From the human T2T-CHM13v2.0 reference genome, Homo sapiens, in the NCBI RefSeq assembly GCF_009914755.1, contig NC_060946.1: a stretch of DNA of 64,000 bases. One strand, written 5' to 3'. This document shows positions 55,221 through 64,000 of this stretch, one piece after another; position 1 is the stretch's first letter, and each line of letters begins with the position of its first letter. Position numbers and translations under genes: made by a program. Below the pieces are notes generated by a model that was not told the origin of the DNA, ran no database searches, and saw nothing but the letters and a program-made list of their open reading frames with translations.

Positions 55221-57253
55221 TAATCTAAACTCGCTCCAATACATCCTCCACGAGTGCCAGAGGGGTCTTTTGTAAGGGCCAATGTGACCCGTTTCAGCCT
55301 CTGCTGACACTAGGAAACAATCCAAACCCTCAGCAAGGCCCAAAAAGCTGACTTCTCTCACTACTATTAATAGATGCAACCCATCCTCTCAGGTTCCCAG
55401 CATGCACCACACTTTTACGTGTTCCTCACCTCTGCCGCCTCCTCACCTTTGCCTACAACGCCCCTCCTGCACTTGAGACTGCAGCTCAGCATTCCGGACC
55501 TCACTAAAGCGACCCCGCCCACCCCAGCCCCAAGCAGCCAATCACCTTTTCCCCTGTGTTCCCTCCCACCTGGGTGCGTGCCTCCCCTTCAACACTCCTC
55601 ACTTGCTCTGGAATTAAGTCCAGGTCTGCCTACCCGTTTGTGTTTGGGTCTGGCTAGGTAGAGGAATTCACGTTCATGTTTGCACGTAGTACAGATGCGG
55701 GCAGATGCCAAGAAAGAAGGAAAAAGATAAACAGAAGTCTCGCCTGGGCCATAACATCTAATGTCACAGAACTACACAAAAGGAGAAAGGGCATTTGCAT
55801 GATGATTAACTTGTTACTAACTTGTTGGACAATTTAGGGGGTGTAAGAAGGACCAGGAAGCAGCCACAGTTGAGTTCCCTAAGGCATATTAGGAGTCTGA
55901 ATGGCTCCTAATTATGAAAACAACAGGACTGTTGTTTTCTGTTCACATTCCAGGATGATCCTCACCTTTTTCAGACACTAAGTCACTGGTATTATGATGT
56001 TGAAGCTCCCAAGAGTTAGAATGGCTGAAGGGAAGACTCATGCCCACAGGCTTCTTAGAGATGCAAATGGCTCGGGACGAAAGAAAACCAGGTTCAAGTG
56101 TATGCACCAGGGCACAGGCTTGGTGAGCACAGCCTTGTTCCAGGAGGGTCCTTATTCTCCAATAAGGTAGCTGTGCATGCTCAAACCCAAGCAGTGTGTC
56201 TTGGTTCCAAGCCACAGAAAGGAATGGGGAATGAGGGCTAGCTAGCTCCAAGGCCATGGTTTTCTTCAACTATTTTCATGGAGAAAATCTCAGTTGTTCT
56301 CTCCAAAGCAGAAATAAATCTAGACAACTGACCCTAAACCAGCTCAGTGGAATGTATTTTCCCTTGAAATTAGCTTAAAAGAGTATGGGACTTAGGCATG
56401 ATTCATCAGTGGATCAAATGCTTCTCCAAGCCAAACCTCTCCCTCTGCTGATTCCCGCTGACCCCTGAGATCACTCCCCCAGCTACACCCCTCACCACAC
56501 CACTTCCATGGGAAGGAGGATCCATTTGGTTGGAAATGAAACATTCAGAGAAAGTGAGTAACAAGCTTGCTTTCTTCTGCTCAAGGAATACTGCAAATTC
56601 CCCAAGCTACACTCAGGCAGGGTCTTGAAAGTCCACAGCCCACAACTTCTCCCCACTTATGCACCCCTTGCCCTAGGGGTGACCCTACCCTGTCCGGAGC
56701 ATATTGAACTATAGCCAAAACTGGGGTTTCTTTTCTCCCAAAGACCAGTTGCCAAAAACCAACTGCCATGACCTCTCTGGGCTCCAAAATTCCAACTGCT
56801 CTGGGCTCCAAGCCAGCAACCTACCACATTTTTTTTCTACAGAAGACTTATTAATCTTTACTCAATTCAGCACCAATAAGATTAGCCAGTGTAGAGCCAG
56901 AGGGGCTACCAGCTCCATTCCACATCTACCCTGGACTAAGATGCCAGCACCTGATGGCCAAAAGGCCCAGGCCACCTTCTGGTACCTGCTGGGGCCCAGT
57001 GGCAGTCTCAGGTCCTGAGCTGGGCTTTGCCCACCCCTTGGTTTTCTAAAGCACTTGTCTAGTTTGCTACAGGCACAGGACTACTGTTCATTGGCCTGCT
57101 GGCTCTGGGATACACATTCTTTGGCTTGCTCCAAGGACTGAAACCTAAAATCTGGGCAAACCCCAGTGTTCCCTAAGGGATATTAGAAAGTGTTACTGCT
57201 GTGACCCTCTTGCCAACTGTGGCTTACACAAGTCTAACTCCAGGGAAGCCATC

Positions 57254-57626
57254 TGTGTTAGTCCATTCTCATGCTGCTAATAAAGACATATCTGAGACTG
57301 GGTAATTTATAAAGGAAAGAGGTTTAATTGACTCACAGTTCAGCATGGCTGGGGAGGACTCAAGGAACTTATGATCATAGTGGAAGGGGAAGCAAACACA
57401 TCCTTCTTCACATGGCAGCAACAAGGAGAAGTGCAGCACGAAGAGGGAGAGAAGCCCCTTATAAAAGCATCAGATCTCAAGAGAACTCACTATCACAAGA
57501 AAAGCATGGAGGTAACCGCCTCCATGATTCAATTACCTCCCACCAGGTCCCTCCCACGACACGTGGGGAATATGGGAGCTACAATTCAGTATGAGATTTG
57601 GGTGGGTACACAGCCAAACCATATCA
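57254..57626 (-). mobile_element. THE1/MST (ERVL-MaLR) solo LTR with perfect 5-bp TSD ccatc
   Basis: tgtgttagtccattctcatgctgctaataaagacata...cagccaaaccatatca; ccatc at 57249-57253 and 57627-57631. Confidence 0.92.
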
Positions 57627-57871
57627 CCATCCTTATGGGAAGGCCACCAAAGGACACCGTCAGTCCTCTCACAAATCCTGGAGAGCTCTGTGTCTGCAGT
57701 CAAGCTCCACAGACTCCAACTCACCAGGGCACAGCCAGCGGATCAGGCACATCTCACCCCTCGGACCAGTTCAGGTACAGATTAAATATACCGCCTTGAG
57801 AAATACCACTCACTGGGGCAAGGAAAAGCCAATGTACTCTGTTCAACTTAAATAAATATTTGATATAGATA

Positions 57872-58106
57872 CAGGTTGGGCATCTCAAATCTGTAAATCC
57901 AAAATTGGAAATATTCCAAAATCTCAATGTTTTTGAGCATCAACAGGACACTCAAAGGAAACACTCAATGGAGCATTTCTGATGGCAGATTTTCCAATTA
58001 GGGATGCTCAACTGGTAGGTATAGTGCAAATATTCTAAAACCTGAAAAAAATATGAAATCCAAAACACATCTGATCCCAAGCATTTCAGAAGAGATATTC
58101 AACCTG
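57872..58106. mobile_element. Tigger4a/MER46-like TcMar MITE
   Basis: Terminal inverted repeats caggttg...caacctg, TA at the left flank, characteristic aaatccaaaa core. Confidence 0.75.
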
Positions 58107-60339
58107 TGCTAAACACCATGGACATACTTTGTTAAAGGACCTTAATTAAGCAACCCTGTATTTCAGAAGACCTGCAACCAGAAGCCCCAGAGCATCTCAA
58201 GCCACAGTGTGAGAACAGCAGGTATTTCATAAACATTGCTGCAGGATGACATAGTAACATGCCCACAATAGCTCCAGTGCTCTGACCTTCCTTCCTCAGG
58301 GCAACTCAACCCACTGTTCACAGTAAGCTTCCATCCCTGCTGGCAACAGGTATTTCTTTATAACAACACAACAATGGCCTAACACACCCTGCAAACTGGG
58401 TGCCAACAGAACAATGAAATTGACCAAATAGCAACGGGGGGAAAGAGTCCTGGGATCCGAATAAGCCACAAACTGGATATTGGGCTCTGGATCCTGGAGA
58501 GCTACCCTCTGGCCAGAAACCAAAATGGGCTTGGCTCATTCCTGGTAAATATTCCAACCACACTAGGTGCCGAGCACCTGAGAGAGCAAGGGGAAGGGAG
58601 CCAGGTGAGAGCCACAAGCTGTACCAAGTTCCTGACATCAGGACCTCTGAAGGGCTCGGCCAGGAAACCAAAGGACTCAGAGCAGGGCTTCTGGCTCCCC
58701 AAAAACCACCACCAGGCCAGAAAAACATACTGTTCTCAGGACTGGAGGGCATGTTTTTCTATACCACTTGATTGCAGTATAACTTACAGACAATAAGAGT
58801 CACCCGTTTTCAGTGTACAATCAGTGATTTTTAGTAAATCTGCCAACTTGTGCAACCATCACCCTGGAGGGGATATTTAATATCTCCCAAACCTGAAGAC
58901 GATTATGGTTCAGTCAGTTTTACGAGGAATGTGAAAAAAGAAGTTGATATCTACTTGTTGCTGCCAATTCAGCAACATGAAGGGAGCTCAGAGCAGGCAG
59001 AAAGCTGAGGAGGTCACAGCTATCTTGCCTCTGCCTGAAAAGCATTCATCTGGGCTTGGCTGGAGGACCTGGAAACTTAAACAATTTTTTTTTAAGTAAC
59101 TCTTGTTGAGAATAGTGCTTCTCAAACTAAAATGAAGAACCCGTTCATCTGTCCATGTTTTCCCGGCACCCCTCCTTCCACAGTGTCGGAAGGGTACTAC
59201 TGCACAAATCTCTCTTCACCATGACAGATCTTAGCACCACAGCCAAGGCATCAAACACGTTTCAGTTAAATCCTCAAACAGGCATTGTCCCTTCCTCCTG
59301 ACAGCTGGGTGCTTTCAAAAATACTGTACAAAATGACAGGCTGTGAGTCCCAAACCCAAAAATTTTCTAAATCACTGATCAAAGAAATAAAATAAAATTT
59401 ATGAAAAAAAATGTTTTGACTTGGAAAACATAAACGCACAGGCATTTTAAGTGATGGTATCCATGGGACTGTAAGGTCTTACTGATGTCTTTCATCTTGA
59501 CCTTGATGCTGGTCAAAGCTCTCAATTTTTCTTCATCAGTAGAACATGAGCAAAGATGCAATGAAAGGACAGTGGAATCAACAAAGCAGAACTGGTTAGA
59601 AGACTAAAGGTCTACAACTTCCCGATATACAATCCAACTTCCCTGAGTCCATTTCACCATCCTCAACCTTGGCATTCCAGGACGTCTGTGCCCTCCCAAC
59701 AACAGCCTGGCTTGGAAAAGGAATATCCCAGGGGAGAAGCGTGAATCTGTAGAGTAACCGAAAAGCAAACCTGGTGGAGAACAAAGGATTATATAGCTGA
59801 ACTCTCCTGCCCTGGTTTCTCTGTGCATGCTCCTCCGGCTTTTTATGCCACTTTCTAAGTAAAGAGGATGCTCAGGGCTCTGTCCTTGGCCCTCTTTCTA
59901 TTTTGTTCTAGCACCATCTTTGTAACTGTCCCCTGGACATCTCCATCAGAATATGCCAGGGCATACATATTCTGCTCCAACTCAGGTTACTCAAAATAGA
60001 ACCCCATCTTCCTTCCCAAACTTATGTCTCTCCCTGAATCTCAATTCTAGTAAAACTGCCATCTACCTAAGTCAGAACTCCAGGTGTTGGCCTCCACACC
60101 GCTCCTACTTCCCACTGCAAAAGGCCGGAGGCGTGGGCGTGCAGGCAACTGTACCATGCTAAGCATGGTGGGGAGGCAGCACAGTGCAGGGTATATTCGC
60201 ATTTGCTCTTCCTAAATTCCTCGCCCATTTATTCCTTCCTTTCTAACGTCACTGCATTGGACTTCATTATCTCTACCTGGACCCTTGCAATAGTCTCTTA
60301 AATGTAGACCCTTCTTCAAGGTAATTTTGGTTTATTTTC

Positions 60340-60830
60340 TTATTGTGTTAAGATATATATAACATAAAAGTTGTTTTTAACCATTTTTAATTGTACAATT
60401 CAGTGGTATTAAATCCATTCACAATGTTGCACAACCATCGCCACTGTCTATCTCCAGAACTTTTTTGTCATCCGCAACAGAAACTCTGTACCCATTAAAC
60501 ACTGGCTCCCCATTTCCCCTTCCTCAGCCCATGGTTGTCACCATTCTACTCTGGCTCTATGAATCTGTCTATTCCAGGTACCTCATATAAGTAGAATCAT
60601 GTATTTGTCTCTCTGTGTCTGGCTTATTTCACTTAGTATAAGGGCTTCAAGGTTCATCCACATTGTAACATATACCATGACCTCATTCATTTTTATGGCT
60701 GAATAATAATTCCATTGTAGTCCACATTGCATTTAGTTTCTCCATTCACCCATCAATGGACAACTGGGCTGTTTCTACCTTCTGACTACTGTGCACAATG
60801 CTGCCATAAACATGGGGACACAAATACACC
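60340..60830 (-). mobile_element. Old L1M 3' end fragment
   Basis: gtacaattcagtggtattaa...tggcttatttcacttagtataa...aggttcatcca. Confidence 0.75.
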
Positions 60831-61579
60831 CTGCTCAAGTGTGCAATTCCCATACTATGTTTCTTCCAAAGTGATCTTTCTAAACAAATCTACTTAAGCC
60901 ACCCCCTTGCTTACACTTTGAAAGACACCATTTCTCTACCAGGCTAACCTTGGGGCTGCAGGTCCTGCTTCACCTCCACCCTCATCACCTTAACCTCCCA
61001 ACACCCCTGTACTCAGCCCCCGACATCTGCCTGCTGCTCCAGGAACACCCATGTTCTTTCCAGCACAGTTTCTTTTCACAGCCTAGAACACACTTTCCCC
61101 ACCCGTGCACACACTTCTCTGAACCTCTGCTTGTCCTCTGAGCTGCTTCAGTCTTCTCTGAACTAAGGCAGATGACAAATATGAACCTCCTCATCCATCG
61201 GGGCTTTAGGGCCACATCTCCAAGCCCTTCTCAGAACAACTTTGCCCTTCCCTTCTTCCTACACCCAGATCTTACCTCTGTTCTCCAAGCACCTCCCACC
61301 AGGTGCTGGGCTCCTACAAGACAGCAAGTGGCTCTGCGTCTGGTTTCTATTCCCAGCATTTAGCAGCGCCAGAACCACAACACACACTCAGATCTTTGGG
61401 GAGTGAATTAAAGGTTTGGCTTCTGACTGTATACTCTGAGCACTCGAGATAAATTGGGTTTTATTTACATGTGTCTTGCCATACTTTACTATATGCAGCA
61501 TAGCGTGGTGGACACATTCACCCACTGCAGGAACGCTACCTGATGCGAGGAATAGTACTGTTAGAAACACCTGTCCGTG

Positions 61580-61884
61580 GGCCGGGCGCGGTGGCTCATG
61601 CCTGTAATCCCAGCACTTTGGGAGGCCGAGGCGGGCGCATCACGAGGTCAGGAGATCGAGACCATCCTGGCTAACACGGTGAAACCCCGCCTCTACTAAA
61701 AATACAAAAAATTAGCGGGGCGTGGTGGCGGGCATCTGTAGTCCCAGCTACTCAGGAGGCTGAGGCAGGAGAATGGCGTGAACCCGGGAGGCGGAGCTTG
61801 CAGTGAGCCAAGATTGCGCCACTGCACACCAGCCTGGGCGAAACAGCAAGACTCCGTCTCAAAAAAAAAAAAAGAAAGAAAGAA
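61580..61884 (+). mobile_element. AluY, TSD agaaacacctgtc
   Basis: CpG-rich young Alu (gagatcgagaccatcctggctaacacgg). Confidence 0.93.
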
Positions 61885-62203
61885 AGAAACACCTGTCTGC
61901 ATGCGTCTTCATGTAGTGTATGAGATATATCTAGTGTGGTGAACACATTCACTCACTGAGATAAGACTACTGTGATTCACATGTGCAAGGAGCACTTAAG
62001 AAACATAAAGCCAACTTTACGTAATGCAGTACATGCACCACGCTTTGGTGGACACATTCACTCCTTGAAATAACACTGCCCTGATACGATGAACAACCAG
62101 AACACTTAGATGTTTCATACCGTGGCTTTATATATTGTGTTACATGCCCCATAGGGGGGTGACCATAATCACTGTAATGACACAACCCTGATGTGACAAA
62201 TGA

Positions 62204-63284
<1,081 letters not shown>

Positions 63285-63339
63285 TCTATGCTCCATTTCA
63301 GAAGGAATAAACCTCTTTAAAGCAAAAGGGCTATGTGTA

Positions 63340-64000
63340 ACCAAGAAAACTCTCATATCTGGAATGTAGAAAAATTCTGTATAAACCAATACGGAAAAAA
63401 ACAGACACCAAAGGAAAAACGGGCAGAAGATTTGATCAGGCATATCACAAAAGAGGACACTCAAATCACCAAGGCATGTGAACAGGTGTTTAACATATTA
63501 GTCACAGGAAGTCCATCAAAACCATAATGAGATCCTATCACCCATCAGAATAACTAAAATTAAAGACTGACAATGCCACAAGTAGGCAACGATAGGGAAC
63601 AACTGGAACTCTCAGACAATGCGCGTGGTGAACTCGTACAACCACTATGGAAAATTGTTCAGCAGTGGTTCTTGAAGCTACATACACATCTACCCTAAAA
63701 CTCAGCAATTCCATTCTTGGGGATACATCCAACAGAGATGAATGTCTTATGTTAGCCAAAAGACAAGTAAAAGAATGCTCATTGCAGCTTTATTCATAAT
63801 ACTCAAAAATTGGAAACATTCAAATGACCAACAGCAGCAAAATGATAAGCTGCAGTTACAGTCACACAATGGAATACCACACAGCAGGAAAGAGGAATGA
63901 ACTACTGCAACATCCAGCCACACCGATGAAACTCACAGATTAGTGCTGGGCAAGAGAGGGCAGACACAGGACAGAAAATACTGCACGACTCCATGTACAC
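63340..64000 (+). mobile_element. Old L1M ORF2 C-terminal/3' fragment
   Basis: gggcagaagatttga...accactatggaaaa...cagcaattccattctt...gcagctttattcataat. Confidence 0.72.

Overview
Human genomic DNA (many Alu, L1 and LTR relics) carrying the 5' half of MICAL3, an FAD-dependent F-actin methionine monooxygenase (22q11.21), on the minus strand. I traced 16 constitutive coding exons by hand, from the ATG exon at 39968-40231 to the first LIM exon at 1503-1689. All have GT/AG ends and matching phases, and they encode the monooxygenase, CH domain, basic NLS region and start of the LIM domain; the first 15 sum to 2241 nt. The non-coding first exon and the 3' exons lie outside the window. The intron between 19297 and 1689 holds five phase-0 cassette exons plus a sixth candidate (6129-6221) that repeats a short helical motif. 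It also holds a ~4.66 kb, 9-bp-unit, TTAGGG-containing minisatellite (6363-11027) that is stop-free in three frames, has higher-order block duplications, and on the pre-mRNA strand is an AG-free run of branch-point-like CUAAC motifs ending ~140 nt before the candidate exon. Other oddities: a 121-bp copy of exon 3 just behind the exon 2 donor, direct repeats flanking the LIM exon, and a MADE1 hairpin with matched changes in both arms. No prokaryotic, CRISPR or RNA-gene features are supported. Gene, isoform and repeat-family names come from recognition, not from database searches.
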